Shown piece by piece: positions 40,339 through 54,505 of a DNA stretch of 64,000 nucleotides (position 1 is its first letter; each line of letters opens with the position of its first letter). Under the pieces are notes generated by a model. It did not search any database. It was not told the DNA's origin and saw nothing but the letters and a program-made list of their open reading frames with translations. A program made the translations under genes and the position numbers. The stretch is from Callorhinchus milii (taxonomy: Eukaryota). Location: NCBI RefSeq assembly GCF_018977255.1, contig NW_024704742.1, positions 44,394,001-44,458,000 on the forward strand, read 5' to 3'.

Positions 40339-41252
40339 AAGCTTCAAATCCCGCCTAAAGACAATCGTGCTTACGGTCACCTCAGTCATATTTTCTCTTT
40401 TCCTAAATTTCTTGTCTTCCTCTTTAGAAACAGGGATGGATAATAATAATAATAATAATACCAAGAATAATATTTGCATTGATATAGCACCTTTTACATA
40501 AGGAGGACTTCTCAAAGTCCTCACAAGATTTACTGTAAAATATAGTAACTCTATGCTTCGTATAAGAATGCTGCAGACCATTTTCCACAGCAGTGTCCCA
40601 CAAATAGCCATAAGTTAATGACAATTTTTATTATGCATCGGTTCTTCATCTGAAAATACATTATATGATTGAGTTTTTATGGGGCTCAGCAATCTGTTTA
40701 GGTGTGAAAGTATGGATTATGAATATATGACTGAACCTTGCATCATTTGAAAATGTTTTTGTATACTGTAGATTATTGCATATGCCAAGTGAATATCAGG
40801 GTCATTCTGCACTCAGTGTGGCACATTGTTTGATATGGCCTAAGCACCATTCTTCGCTGGGTAGTTTCACAAATTTGTCTTTGTGTACTTATAAATGCAT
40901 CTGATGAAATTTTAAAGCATAGATAACAAGCCATTAAAGGTTCATGAAATATACTCTACTTTTAAAATTGCATTAGAATTATTTATGGCCACGTAGAGTC
41001 AAATTCATGTAACCTACTGAACAGAAGAGAAAGCACTTTTGTCCACATCAATACAAGTGCTAAATTGAACACAGTGAAGTAGAATAAGCGTTCCCCATCC
41101 CCCATGCAGGTATAACTGTCTGCATGCAGGCTCTGAGTGTTACATAACATATGTGGCATATAATGTGATGATTAGCACCGGTGATAATTATCACATCACA
41201 CTTACCACATTTCTTTCCTTCTTCCCCCATACTGTAAGCTATCTATAGCAAT

Positions 41253-41623
41253 ATAATAATAATCCTTGTATTTGATATAGCGCCTTAACACGTTTTTGTG
41301 ACGTCTCAAAGGGCATCATGGAATATACGGTAAAGTGAATTGAATGTATATGTTGTGGGCGAAACGCAGCAGGCTATTGTGCACAGCAGTGTCCCACAAA
41401 CAGTCGTGGATTGAGTGACCAAATTATTTTTATTTATTTGAAGGAATTATTACCCCTGAAAAGTGATCCTCCAATTGACTAACGACTGGGTTCCTACTTA
41501 CTGCTAGGTAAACAGAGGCGTGTGGAGAAAGGAAACTTGCCCAATGTTTCGGCCTGCTGGGAATTGAACCCAGGTCCTCTCACTTGTGAGATAAGTGCTC
41601 TAACCACTAAACTACAGGACTCC
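41253..41623 (-). mobile_element. Same SINE family, long form
   Basis: Aligns to 20825-21213. Confidence 0.9.
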
Positions 41624-42129
41624 ACATTTATTGGCACACAGAGTATACGAGCTTCCATTAAATATGGTTGATATTTGCATACTGGGTTGAGAGTGGGGGA
41701 GGAGGGAATATTTTTTGGAAGAAAGTAAAATCGTGGTTAAAATAATAATCTTTGCAATTGATATACCCTTGTGATGGTGCCAAGACATCTCAAAGCTCTT
41801 CACAGGATTTTACTATGAAGTGTTGTAACTGTGCATTTGTGTGTGAACGGTAATTGGTGGAGATGGGTGACTGTTTTAGAATTGTACTTGATTACATTTA
41901 GGGATCAAGGTTATTTTACATAACTTTCCCTCTGGAGATTGAAAGATTGGTGGAGTTTCCTTTAAGACAGGTTTTACGTTGCCTTTAAATGAACTGGACT
42001 TGATGCCTGAATTCATTTTCTGGTACAATATTTTTGTGCCTATTACTATGCAAAGGTATTGGGGTCAAACTCATCATTTTGGGGCTGAACATATTTTACC
42101 AAAGTGAAAATTAAACATTTAACCCCAGG

Positions 42130-42395
42130 CAACAACAAAACAACAACAATAACTTGCTTTTATACAGTGCCCTCCAGGAGTCTCAGGATGATTGACAATG
42201 GTGGAGCCCAAGGCCGAGCCAGGGAAAGGGGAAAGGTGACCATGGGCGCGATCAAAGAGAAAGGTCTTCAGGCGCGACCTGAAGATGGGGAAGGAGGGGG
42301 CAAGGCAAAGGGGTTGAGGGAGGGACTTCCAAAGTTTCAGGGCATAGTGACTGAAGGCATGGCCGCCGATGGTGGAGCAGAGCATTGAAAGCACA
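42130..42395 (-). mobile_element. Old L2 3' end
   Basis: TIGGHAFSHYALKLWKSLP...LKTFLFDRA and a CAA-rich tail. Confidence 0.8.
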
Positions 42396-45044
42396 GGCAA
42401 GCACATTGCAAGAAAATAATCTGAGACCAAAGTTAATTTGAGCCTTGCAGAACCAGTAACACTACGAAAAATTCCTTCCTCCAACTGAACAAAAATGTTG
42501 TGGTCGCCAGACGTGTAAAACACCTTCTTGTTCTGTAACATTTTAAAAGTTAATGGGAGGGGATTTTCCTCCTGTCAATCATTAGAGACTTTAAGAAAGA
42601 AACCGGAGATATGTTTTCAATCGGGTAAGTTACATTTTGTAAAGCAAAGAAATTAAACAAACAAAACCCTAGGGCCTAAAATTTAAAAAAACAGTATTAA
42701 TAGCATCGGGGTAAAAGTAAAATGGTGGGACTTGGACCCTGAGTTCAGTAAGCCACTTACCCGGAGAGGGCAGCATTGCTGGTTTTCCTGAACAAGATCC
42801 TTAAATAGAAAACAAAATTAGGAATCCCATAAAAGTTATCCCATTGTTTTAGCAACCTACTGGTGTGAGCCCACAAAACACACACTGTAATATCACTTTA
42901 CAATATATCCTGCAAAGCACTTTATCTCCATGATGTGAAGTATTATATCAAATGCAGAGATTTTTATTATTATATATCTGTTATATGCTTGCTGCATTAG
43001 TTTATAAGATTTACTCCAACAAGAAGCCATTCTTGGAGCTTCTTATCATTGATGAAAATAGTGGCAGTAGTGGAATTGGGAAGCATTAAAGAATCATGGT
43101 CAGTCCTGGGAAGCGCAAAATGTCATAAAAGATGTGGCAAGCTTCTCATCTCTGAACATTTTGTGGGTAAATTCCCTTTCTGCTGATGTGTGTCAGTTTG
43201 TTGACGGTCGGTGCCCTAGGTGTCATATCAGTGCAATCAACTTCTTTGGATCCCTGCAATAATAAAGCTGCGGCCGCCTCCTTACTTGCCTGCCCAGCTC
43301 CAGTATGTGTGTGCGCAGTATTCCTGGCCCTTCTCAACAAGATTTCCATCTACTGCTCAATCACTAAATTGTTCAAGGGGATTGAAAGAAGATCTTTGAA
43401 AAGAAGTTCAGCTTAGGAGTCATCTTCACTGACATGGGGAGAATGGTTTTACCCACTTAGGAACATAGGACCTGATGTACAGATTTCTTTAAGCTAACCT
43501 GTTTCATTATGAAGTTTATGGCAATTTGTTTTACTGATACACATAGTCTGAGCCAGTGGCCTTTGTCCAACAGCTATGGTGTCCAGTGGAGAGTAATCCA
43601 GCTTTGGGCTTCACCTTGTTATTATTCCTATACTCCTCTGCTTAAAGACAACATTTACAGTATGAGTAAAGATCATTTGTTTTGTGAATGAAAACTTGGC
43701 CATGCACTCTGCTAAAGTTGCAGTTCTCTGCAAACAGATCTATGACTTGATGCCACATAAACCATGATTAAATACTCTCATGTTCAGCAAGCCTTAGAGG
43801 CAGCAGAAACTGATAGATTTTCTGGCCTAATTGGTTTACAGCATCAATTAATTGCCTTAATTGCATTTTGAAACCACTATTTAGCAGGTGGAAAGCTGCA
43901 ACTTCCATTTTTATTATATAAAAATTCTGTGTCATTAAATCTGATTTTTCTCATGGTGGTATTCACACACTAATTTTGTGGAGAGATAGAAATATTTCTA
44001 TATTTCGTTACTTGTTTACCCCACCTCGACACTCAATTTAAAAATAAATTTTCCTCATCCTCTTTAGCATTCACTATTTCCCATCTGAGGGATCAGTGGG
44101 ATGATGTATACCAAGTGTACTTGGCCAAGTCGATTGATGCTTCAGCTAGGCTTCAGCCAATTGCCTGCCTCTGGCTCATCTTATTATTGACTAAAAGGTG
44201 TGAGTCAAGGACAAGGGGCTAGGGAAATGCAGTCAATATTTCAGCCTTCAGCTCAGAAATCACACTGAGATTGATGACCAATATTAAATTTCCTTTTCCC
44301 TAGCAAAATAAATCGATTACATGACACACAAACCAATAACTAATAAATGCTACTATTCTGGTTAAAGGTAAAGTTGAAATCTTATCTCTCACGTGACAGG
44401 GATTTGGTGTGGCTTTTCTTTCCGTTCTGCAGTGATATACAAAAAGCTAGTCGGCAGCTAGGGATTGTCCCTGGGAGAATTAAGGGAGGAGGTTGAAAGA
44501 AACATTTTCAATCAGAGGGTTGTTAGCACACCGAATGCTTTGCAAAGTAGCTTTTGAGGCTGAAACCATAACATAGCCTTTTCAAAGGCTCATAATTTAT
44601 CCTTCATGAGAGTATACATTTCTCATGAAACTGCTTACTGTTAACAGATACTTGCCAAATGATATGTACCCGTTATACTGATAGAAACCATTAAAGCAGG
44701 CATTACAACTGAAATGGGATGCCACAATTAAATTGCTCAACTCCAGAGATGGCTATGTTGGTTATTGTCAGGTTGGATTTTGCTTTTACTTTAAGTTGAT
44801 CATCATTTACATTCTGTCGGTGTGAAAGATGCTATACCAAATGCAAAGATTATTATTTATTATTATCTGTATGTTTGTTGGTGAGGCATTTTGTACACTG
44901 GAAACTTTTGCTAGCTATAGACACATAACAATGTGTAATTAAATGAATGCAGCAATAAAAATATTACTTGAATTTGTTATAACATGTTTCACATTGGGAG
45001 GCTTCAGACCACTTCACAGGATTCACTGTTCAGCGTAATAACTG

Positions 45045-45325
45045 CTGCAGGTCCCTCGCACTTCCTGCCCCACCATTGGTGGTAAGGTATTCAGCATCTC
45101 TGCCCCGACACTCTTGAACTCTACCTACAATCCCTCCACTTCACCCCTTCTCTTACCACCTTCAAGTCCCGTCTGAAGACCTTCCTCTTCAAACGTGCCT
45201 TCGGCCATATCCACCCCCCTGCCCTTCACCCCTCCTGACCCCAACTCGGGTCCAAAAAACCCTGATTGTCCAGTTCCCTGGCACGTCTTTCCAACATGAA
45301 GGGCACTACACAAGTCTAATTTGTT
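45045..45325 (+). mobile_element. Old L2 3' end
   Basis: Matches the L2 3' coding region and tail. Confidence 0.75.
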
Positions 45326-45494
45326 ACAAGTTGTAGCTGTTTTGTAGGTGAATGTGGTAGCCAATTTATGCACATCAAACTTCCACAAACAGCCATGAAG
45401 TGAATGACCAATATTTCTGGGAATTGTTGACCAGGACACCAAAAGAAACTCCCTTCTCTTTTCGAATAGTGTCATGAAATCTTTACACATCATC

Positions 45495-45820
45495 CTGACT
45501 CAGTTTGTAGCACTTTCGCGGTCCTGGGATCCGTTATTGTGAAGCGCTCTGCGACGCCATCCGGCGTGGAGGGCGCTATATAAATCCAAGTTGTTGTTGT
45601 TGTTTCACCTCTGAGTCCAAAGGTTGTGGGTTCAAGACCCATGTTGGGGCTTTGAACTCACATAGTCTAGCATGACACTCCACTGTCAGAGGTGTTGTCC
45701 TTCAGAGGAGTCATTAAATTGAGGTCCCAGTGTGTCCATCACCTGCACGTTAAGGATCCAATGGCATTTTTGGAAAAGAAAAAGGCAGTTTCTCTCAGTG
45801 TCCTGCCCAATAATCCCAGA
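45495..45820 (+). mobile_element. Older Deu-domain SINE with an ~85-bp L2-type tail (45520-45603) inserted in its tRNA head
   Basis: ctcagtttgtagcactttcgc | insert | ttcacctctgagtcc..ggttcaag. Confidence 0.7.
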
Positions 45821-47744
45821 ATTATCTTTTAAAGTTTCCTGTCTATATTCTTCACTCATCAATTCTGTATATTGCTTTTTCCTCATTCCATTTGCCTCAC
45901 CATTAATGTATTTTACTGAATATGCAAGCCAATAACTCAATTGCTAAATACATATTTGTACCAATGTAACGTTGTTCATTTTATGGTAGAATATCCCTTG
46001 CATGCGTTGGTTTGATGGTTTAGGGCTGAATAGCGAATTGTGTATCTTATAATTACAGTGACATTTAATAGGAGCTACCCTATACTTAAAACAGATGAGG
46101 CTTGAAATTTCTCATGGTTGTTCCTTTAGGTCATGGCCTTCAAATTTAAGCTTATGCAGAATTTTGAAAAATTATTTGAATAACTGTGAAAAACAGCCTC
46201 CAAATTCAACCCATATTTGAGAAGTTTTCAAAATCCTCAACATGTTACATTTTAAGACAGTGATTTTAAGGCTAAGACTGAGAAATATCAGGCCTCAGAT
46301 TGGCTTTATGGTGCATATCATGAGCAGTATATATGTTTGAAAGTTAGGCTCTTTGGGTACAGATCTAGAGGCAGGGTTTTTTGAAACACTTTCCAAACTC
46401 ATTTCAAAAGCTCTGTGAAGTGCTGCCAACTCTTAAATAATTATCCTGTCAGTGAGAGTGTTGATGCTGTACTTGTTTTTGATTTCTAACATGGAAATAA
46501 TCTGTGCTGCAGAGAAGCAGAGAATGCACCAAACATGTTTTCAGATTAAAAAAACAGCAACTTCTTGGAATAAACAGTGGAGGCAATTTCATGCTTACTC
46601 AAAATAATGTCCTTTGTGAAGCAATGCAAAAGGAGGAAGTGATAGAACAAGCCAGTAAGATAATGGATGGTTTCAGTTTTCATTTGCGCAGTTCAGTTAC
46701 ATTATCCAAAATCCCAATAGCTTGTTCCTGTGCATAGAGAAAAAAGGTTCATAAAAGGGAAACATTTGCCAAAATTGATCTATATCAAATGCAATAGTTA
46801 TTATTATCAGATCACAACAAATATGCAATGCTGTCATTACATAATTTTCACTTGATTTCATCATCGTTGATCCAGTTAGCATTAGTTTGCATCTTCAGCG
46901 GTGAAGCGAAAATAATAGGATTGCCCCTTTATAAATGGATATCGCCAAAGGCATTGTAACTAACATGGAGTTTTAGCCCTTCTCTATACAATGATATAAA
47001 GTTCTTCTTATTCATCTCTGTCACCAAATAAAGTAATTTACCAAATGTCTATGATGATGATGCTGCTTTTATTGTTTCCTGCCTATCTAACAATTTTAAA
47101 ACAAATATCACTTTTATTTTATCCACAATATAAACAGTCAATTCACTTTACAGTATATTCTGTGATGCACTTTGAGACACCTCAAAGATGTGATAAGGCG
47201 CCATATCAATTGCAATTATTATTATTACATTTAATTTGTGGAATTTGCAGATCTCTATGGCTCTTCTTTGTTAAAAATGTAAACACTATTAGCAAATAAG
47301 TGTGACATGCCATTAACACACAAGAGTATTAGTGCTAAGTTGCGATTTATAATCTAAATGTTACACTGCAATTTATTGCTGTCAAACTGCCAGTCAGAAC
47401 TCCCTGGAGTAATGAGTACAGTTCTTGTAGATGTGACGCAAGGGGTGGTACCATCTTCGAAACACTTCAGAAAAGAGCAATGGAGCTCATCCCCAGTGTT
47501 ACAGGGATGAGCTGTAAGAAATTACTAGATAAGCTAGGGATCTTCAGCCTCGAAAGAATCTCAAAGGGGATCTTATAGTGATGTATAAGATGATAAATGA
47601 GAGAAGGAAAGTAAATCCAGAACAATACTTTCAGATACACCAAGGCAGAAGGATAAAATATCAGGGGTTCAGAGTTGTGAAGGGCAATTTTAAGACATAC
47701 ACCAGAAAGTATTTATTTTCACAGAGGTTAACCAATTTATCTTA

Positions 47745-48660
47745 CAAAGAATGTAATACAAGGAAACAGACTACTTGGCCCAACCAGTCTGTGCCTGTGT
47801 TTGTATTCTACATGAGTCTTCACCCATTTCTTTCTCCCTCCCATACCCTTCTATTCCCCTCTCTTTCATGTGAAGGTCTAGCTTCCTTTTCAATGCATCC
47901 CCATCCCCAGAGGATCGAATTCAAGATCCTCATCCTCACCTACAAGGCCATTCACGGCCTTGCTCCCTCCTACCTCTCCGACCTACTATCCCCCTACTTA
48001 CCTGCCCGTACCCTTCATTCCTCTGGCTCCGGTCTGCTCCACATCGCCCGCCCTAACTGCCCTACCATCGGTGGCCGGGCTTTGAGTCTCTCAGCCCCTA
48101 GGCTCTGGAACTCCATCCCCCAGTGCCTTCACCTTGCTTCCTCCCTTTCCTCCTTCAAGGCCAGTCTCAAGACCTTTCTCTTCATCCGTGCCTTCACCTC
48201 CCCTCTCGACTCTCTACCCCCTCCTTACTCCCTCCCTCCCCTCACCCTGACCATTTCCCCCCTCCTCGCTCCCTCCCTCCCCTCACCCTGACCATTTCCC
48301 CCCTGCTCGGGTCCCGACCCAACTGTCCAGCGTCTTGGGACGTCCTCCCGACGTGAAAGGAGCTCTATAAATACAATCTTGTTGTTGTTGTTGTTGTCTA
48401 TACTATCCGATTCAACTACCGCTTCAGGCAGTGAGTTCCAGAATCTCTCTATCCTTTTGTGAAGTAGTTCCTCCTAACTTCTCTTTGAGATCCCCTTGTC
48501 ACTTATATTTGTGTAACCTGGTTATGGAATCCCCAACCAGTGGGAAACAGTCTATTTATGCTAACCTTATTGAATTATTTTTATGATTTTAAACACCTCT
48601 ATTAAGTCCCCTGTTAAACATTGCTTCTCTAGCAAAAAAAGCCCTAACCTATGACAATCT
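47745..48660 (-). mobile_element. Old CR1 3' end split by the L2 at 47899-48396; another + strand CR1 fragment abuts at ~47480-47735
   Basis: Similar to the CR1 at 19812-20250 on both sides of the L2. Confidence 0.65.
47899..48396 (+). mobile_element. 5'-truncated young L2 copy inserted in an old CR1 3' end
   Basis: PQRIEFKILILTYKAIHGLAPSYL; (TTG)n tail; CR1-like sequence resumes on both sides. Confidence 0.92.
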
Positions 48661-49944
48661 AGCCAAATGGAAAACTCCTTTCTCTTGTCAAGTTGTGCCA
48701 TGGCAGCTTTAACAAGCAGACTGGATCTCAATTTAACATTTCACTGCATTGGAGCGTCATCTTAGACTATGAGCTCAAAGTCTTGAAATATGGATTGAAT
48801 ACTATGACACAACCTGTCTGGTAGAGTTGGTATTAGGAAGGATGATACAAAATGGGAAGAAGGAACCTCTTGTGATTGTCACTGAAATTAACAACAGGAA
48901 AATGTTTCTCAGCCATAGCCTCCATTTTACCACTGGCCACAGTAAGTATCCTGGAAAACGTGTTAGGATGGTGTCAATCTCCATCAACTTGTCTTGAGTT
49001 TGTCCCTCTCACAACTTTTGTAAACAAGATCTTTTAACATAATTTGCACAAAAAGAAAATGTTGCCTTGCAACAGATGTAATTTACCAATATTTCTAGTA
49101 ATTTATTTCAGCCAAAAATTTCAGTCATTACACATTAACTAGAGAACTGGAGTTGAATCTTTATGATGAATAAACAATCAGAGAAGCAGGATCTTTCATA
49201 AGATCTTTTATTATAAATTAAACAAAACCTACTAATCGTATTCAGATATTAAGCATGTACATTATTCAAAACACAGAGAATTCCAGCCTCACAAGCTTAG
49301 TACCAGCAAGGAGATGGAACAAAAACATTAAATTGAAACTAAATAATATATAAACCTTTGGTTTTAAGTTTGGTCTTGGATCACTTTACCAGAAGCTTGT
49401 AAGATTGAGTTAATTGTTTATTTTAAGACTGCATCTACAAGGGAAGGTATCAAACCCATTACATCTGTCTTATTTAGAGGCAGGTTATAATTATCAAGTT
49501 GACATTTGAATAAGACATTTAAATAAAGTAAACAATAAATATGAAACATAAATAGTGGTTAACTGCAGTTAGCCTTTCATATTGAAATCATACATCATAC
49601 ATCCCTTTTTATATATGTGAAGCAGCTGCTTAGGGAAATTAAAATGATGCAGACAATCAGCCTAAAAAAAGCCTAAATCAGCGCAGGAGAGAGTGCAGAA
49701 TTTAGGGGGTTTTAAAAGATAGTGGTCTAATAAGAATTCTAATACTTAAACCTGAGGTTAATAAGCTGTTCTACAGTGGCTGGAATTGTTAAAAAAAGAA
49801 CATGGCAATTCTATGCTGAACACCCCGGCAGGACAACCCATTGTCTCAAAGCTAGAGGGGTGCTTTGTCCTGAACTCATACAGAATAAAAACAGTGATAA
49901 TTATCACATGACATATCACAATTTTCTCCTGTGATTTATTAATT

Positions 49945-50130
49945 GTCAACCTGGCTCAGTTGGGAGCTCTCTTGCCTCTTAGTCAGAAGCTTGTAGATTG
50001 AAGCTCGAAGTTGGGACCTAAACTCACAGTCTAGGCCAACACTCCAATATAGTGCTGGGGGTGTACTTCATTGTCAGAGCTACTGTCCTTCAGATGAGAT
50101 GTTAAACTAATGTCCTTTCTACTTACTCGA
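49945..50130 (+). mobile_element. Older Deu-domain SINE 5' half
   Basis: tggctcagttgggagctctcttgcctcttagtcagaag..., tcagatgagatgttaaac. Confidence 0.65.
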
Positions 50131-50404
50131 AGTGCTCTGATTAACCATAAGTTAATTGTAATGTGTGCTTATTTTTCTTTATCCTCAATTGAACTCTATA
50201 CTTTCATGCAATATCAGTGATATTGCTGTGTATACATTGTGCGCAAAAAGGCACAGTCACTACTGGACTGTGCAACATGTGCTTCCTTTCCAGGTTAACC
50301 CAAAATCTCCTAAATAGACATCAGGAGCATTGAAGCATCTTTAAGAAAGGTTTTGCATCATAGTTTGAAATTGTGCTGGTTTGTTCAGATCCTTGCTTTT
50401 TGTT

Positions 50405-50925
50405 TTGAAAATATATATTTATTTATTAATATATTTAGTACAATAGAAATCCAAAATAAAACACAATATCTTCTGTTACAATTTCTTTCCTTTTCTCGCA
50501 ATACAAAACGCATTCCGTTGTTTATGGTACATTGCTTCACCGCACATAGGTTGTGCACACGTTTTTTTTTGGACGCTCCCTTTAACACAGTCGGGAGTCG
50601 CCCCTGTGTACACCACATTCATGTGCGTGCCCGCGCATACCCTGATAAGATGTACTTGCCGCTTTTGGAAACCGCCCCGATGTGTACCGTACGCGCAAAT
50701 GTTTACCGTACATTCATTTTTGGAACACTCTTTGGTTATATTTCTGCACCCTTACTTCAGTCAGTTCTGGCTGCGCTCATGGGCTACCCGGTGGGTTGTG
50801 CTGGAGCGACTCCTGCTGGGTCAGGCCCCATCTGGCCTTTGCCGTAGTTGAGCTGAACTTCAGCTTGTTCCTCGGTATATAGTCCCTGATTCTAGCATGC
50901 ATGAGCCTGAGACAGGCCCTCATCA
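50405..50925 (-). mobile_element. Second Tx1-type 3' end of the same family
   Basis: Reverse complement aligns with ~56545-57090 (CLRLMHARIRDYIPRNKLKFSSTTAKARWG). Confidence 0.8.
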
Positions 50926-51012
50926 TCTCTGCATTTCTGCAGATTTCTGAAACCACCTTATCAAGGTATCAGGCATGATACTTACCTCCTTGTAACTTTC
51001 TTCCTTTCTTCT

Positions 51013-51337
51013 TAATAATAATAATAATAATCCTTGCATTTGATATAGCGCTTTTCACATCGGGAGGACGTCCCAAAGCGCTTCACAGAACACACTGTAA
51101 AGTGAATTGACTGTATATTTGTGGGCGAACGCGGCAGCCAATTGCACACAGCAATGTCCCACAAACAGTCGTGGATTGAAAATGACCAATTTATTATTGT
51201 TTTGGGTTTTGGAGGGATTATTATTAGGCTCTGTGTGGAGTAAGGAAACTTGCCCAAGGTTTCGCCCTCTGCCTGGAATTGAACTCAGGTCTCTCACTTG
51301 CAAAGCGAGTGCTCTAACCACTGAGCTACAGGACTCC
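51013..51337 (-). mobile_element. Same SINE family, short form, young
   Basis: Clean A/B boxes, core, (TAA)n tail. Confidence 0.9.
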
Positions 51338-52749
51338 ACTTCCCTGCATGCTCAGGATATTGCTAAAGTTCCTTCCTTATTCACTTCTGCAGCATCTTCC
51401 AAGCATTCTGTAGTTTCACAGCAACATGACCTTCATGGGCTTGTTACTTTCTCTACTATCAGCTGAATTGTCTGCACTCCACAGCTGTATCGTTGGCACC
51501 ATACACTATTCATACAGTGAAGAGATAGTTGAGCTCATTGAGACATCTATCACTGCTCATTATTTGTATGCTCTCCCATTGGCATCAATCTAACAGTCAT
51601 ATGGCAGAACCTGCAGGCGTAATGCAATCACACTCAGTAGGCGGCGTTGACATTTTAAGGCAACCCCACCCCCCCCTCCAACTCTTATAGTGCATCTCCC
51701 TGAACTGCAATGAAAATGTGTGCCTTAGATGCCTATCTCTTTCAACACACTGTATTTGTGTGGCATTGTGTTTATGCATTGACAATGAGGGCAGATGGTT
51801 GTGATTTGGCATGTATATGTGTGCGTGCTTCAGGGTTCCAAGTCTTCTAGCACAAAAGCAGTTTGATTGGATTTTTGTGTCTGGTGAGGGAACCTGCCAG
51901 CTGCTGATAAGGGAAAACCAAGGAGGAAGAGAGTCCTGGGACAGTTGGTTCAGCGGGTTCAATTGAATATAATTAATGGAGAGAAGACATTTGCTTGTTA
52001 AAGTCAAGATTGAGTGGACCCTAGGCAGAGTGACTTTGTGTGCCTCATTGTCCCCAGTCCTTCTGCAGATCTGACAATACAGAATTATGGTAGTAGCAGT
52101 GCATATTGCTGAAGTGGAAAATGGGATTCAAAATGTAGTATTTTCAAACTGAAGCCAGTGTGCTGATAGCCATTAACGTTTCAGACCACTTCTTGGTTAG
52201 GTAATGGGCCATGGCTCAGAAAATCTGACAAGAGATCAGAAAGCAAACAATCTTTGCCTGACTTTGAGATCCCATTTTTCCTATTTTTTTAAAGCAAATT
52301 TCATAGCATTCCATTCAAAATAGAAAGTCACTTACAGCAACTACTGTATTTTAAAACTACCTTTCTATAATAATAACAATGCTTTCATTTGATATAGCAC
52401 CATTATCATAATGTTGAAACATTTCAAAGCGCTACACAGGATTTACTGTAAAGTGTAGTGATTATATATTTCTAGGTAATGTTGATGTTAGGTGGAAGCA
52501 GAAAGAACTGAATGAGAGGGTGAGAGCTGAGATCTCTGCAGTGCTATTGATGAGCACTCTGTCTTGTCGTAATGTTGGGTATCAATTCAGCTTTACAGTG
52601 TCTAAAATTCCTTATGTGATTATCATTTGTTTAGAAATGCTTCAAGATTGCACTCCACTGTGCAATATACAATTAGAAATGAGCTCACTCAGTAACTGTT
52701 GCAACCCCTTTCCCAAGGCAACCTGCCCATTGCAGTTCCTATAAATATA

Positions 52750-52988
52750 TTCATAGAATCATTGAATTATACAGCACAGAAGAAGGCCAATTGGCCCAAT
52801 GTATCTGTGCCGGCTCTTTGAAAAGAGCTATCCAATTGAATCCCACACCCCTGTTCTCTCCCCATAGCCCTGCAAACTTGTCCTCTCTAAATAATTATCT
52901 ACTTTTCTCTTAAAAGTTGTTATCGAATCGGCTTCAGGCAATGCATTTCAGATCTGAACAACTTGCTGTGTGAAAAAATTTCTCCTGT
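52750..52988 (-). mobile_element. CR1 3' end
   Basis: catagaatcattgaattatacagcacagaagaaggcc..., matches 19812-20070. Confidence 0.85.
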
Positions 52989-53544
52989 TTGCTCCACAAT
53001 ACTCAGACAGAGTTTGCTGTTATAAAGATATGAAATTTCCAAACTGTGTTGGTATTGAGAATGATAAAACAACAACTTACATTTATACAACACCTTTCAT
53101 GGAATATCTCGAAACAAACAATAAACTTGTATTTAATATAGAATGTTGTTTTGGAGTCGCATACGCCAGCCTATCTGCACTAGGAGTATCCCACAAACAA
53201 CAATAAGATGAGGAGCCAAATTAATTTAATTTTTTTGGAAGGGTGGAGAATTTGGCTCAGCGAAGAATATTGGGCAGCAAAATATTCACTGCTACACTTA
53301 CATTAACAGGGAACTGAAACATTTCAAATATAACACGTTATGTAACTTAGCTTATTTGCTAATGAAGTTCCAGCAGGATGGCATCATGCTCTCATTAACA
53401 TGTTTCACTTATAGATGCATCCATTGAATGCTTTGTGCTTGCTCCTAAAGATTGCCTCACATATATCCTTATATCGTCTATAGATAAGTGGTAATCCACA
53501 TTATTTGCACAAATATGGAATTCTTGGTTTGCATTTGCTTTAAC

Positions 53545-54505
53545 GTAACAAATGATGCCCTCTATCTCTGTGATCAGGACTCCCTCTGCCTCTTCATACT
53601 CCTGGATTTCTCCGCCGCATTTGACAAAGTCAACCACACTATCCTCCTTTACTGTCTACCTCATCCACCTTCGTGGGACTGCACTCACATGGTTCGAGTC
53701 CTACTTAATCAACCGCCACCACTTCATCTCGGCCAATGGATTTTCCTCTCGCCAGGTCATCTGTGCTGTAGCCCCAGGGCTCTATCCTTGGCCCCAGTCT
53801 TTTCCTCAACTGCTTGCTCCCTCTCGGCAATGTCATCCACAGACACGGGGTTAATTTCCACATGTACATGGATGACACACAAATCTACTTCTCCTCCAGC
53901 TGTGACTCCCAGCCCACTAATGTCCTGTCAGCTTGTTTGACGGACATCAAGGCCTGGATAAGCACAAATTTCTTGCAGCTGAATGTTGGCAAGACGGAAG
54001 CCATGCTCTTTGGTTCCCATCAATGACTTCTGTCTGTCGGGTCTGAACTCCTCAACCTCCCCGGGCTCTCTCTCAGATTCTCCAAACCCGTGCACAGCTT
54101 AGGCGTGAGGTTCAATCCCCCAGCTTGGTCCATACCTCACAACCAATGCAGCTGAAACCTTCATCGACACCTTTGTCACTTCTTGGCTGCTTACTCCACC
54201 ATCTGCTGCCTCTGCTCAGCTGGCTCCAGCTTCCTATTTATCCCTCGTGCGTTCTCTATTCCACCATCGGTGGCTGTGCCTCCAACCACTACACCCCGAA
54301 ACTTTGCATCTCTCGCACAATCCATACATTTCCCCCCTCCCTCCCCACCTTCAAATCCCACCTAAAGACCTTTTTGATCATGCTTATGCTCACCTACCCC
54401 CTCCCTCTCCCCCTAGCTCGCTGTCAGACTCCACCACTGTGAAGCACTGCAGAGACGCTACCCTGTGTGAAGGGCACTATATAAATGCAAATTATTGTTG
54501 TTGTT
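53545..54505 (+). mobile_element. Old decayed L2 copy
   Basis: VTNDALYLCDQDSLCLFILLDFSAAFDKVNH, HMYMDDTQIYFS, tail with ttgttgttg. Confidence 0.88.

Noticed and set aside
47578..48291. 237-aa ORF as a novel chimeric gene
   Set aside because: Chance read-through across a CR1 fragment, an antisense CR1 end and an L2 insertion.
50353..50882. Cluster of overlapping ORFs
   Set aside because: They overlie the 3' UTR of a Tx1-type LINE.
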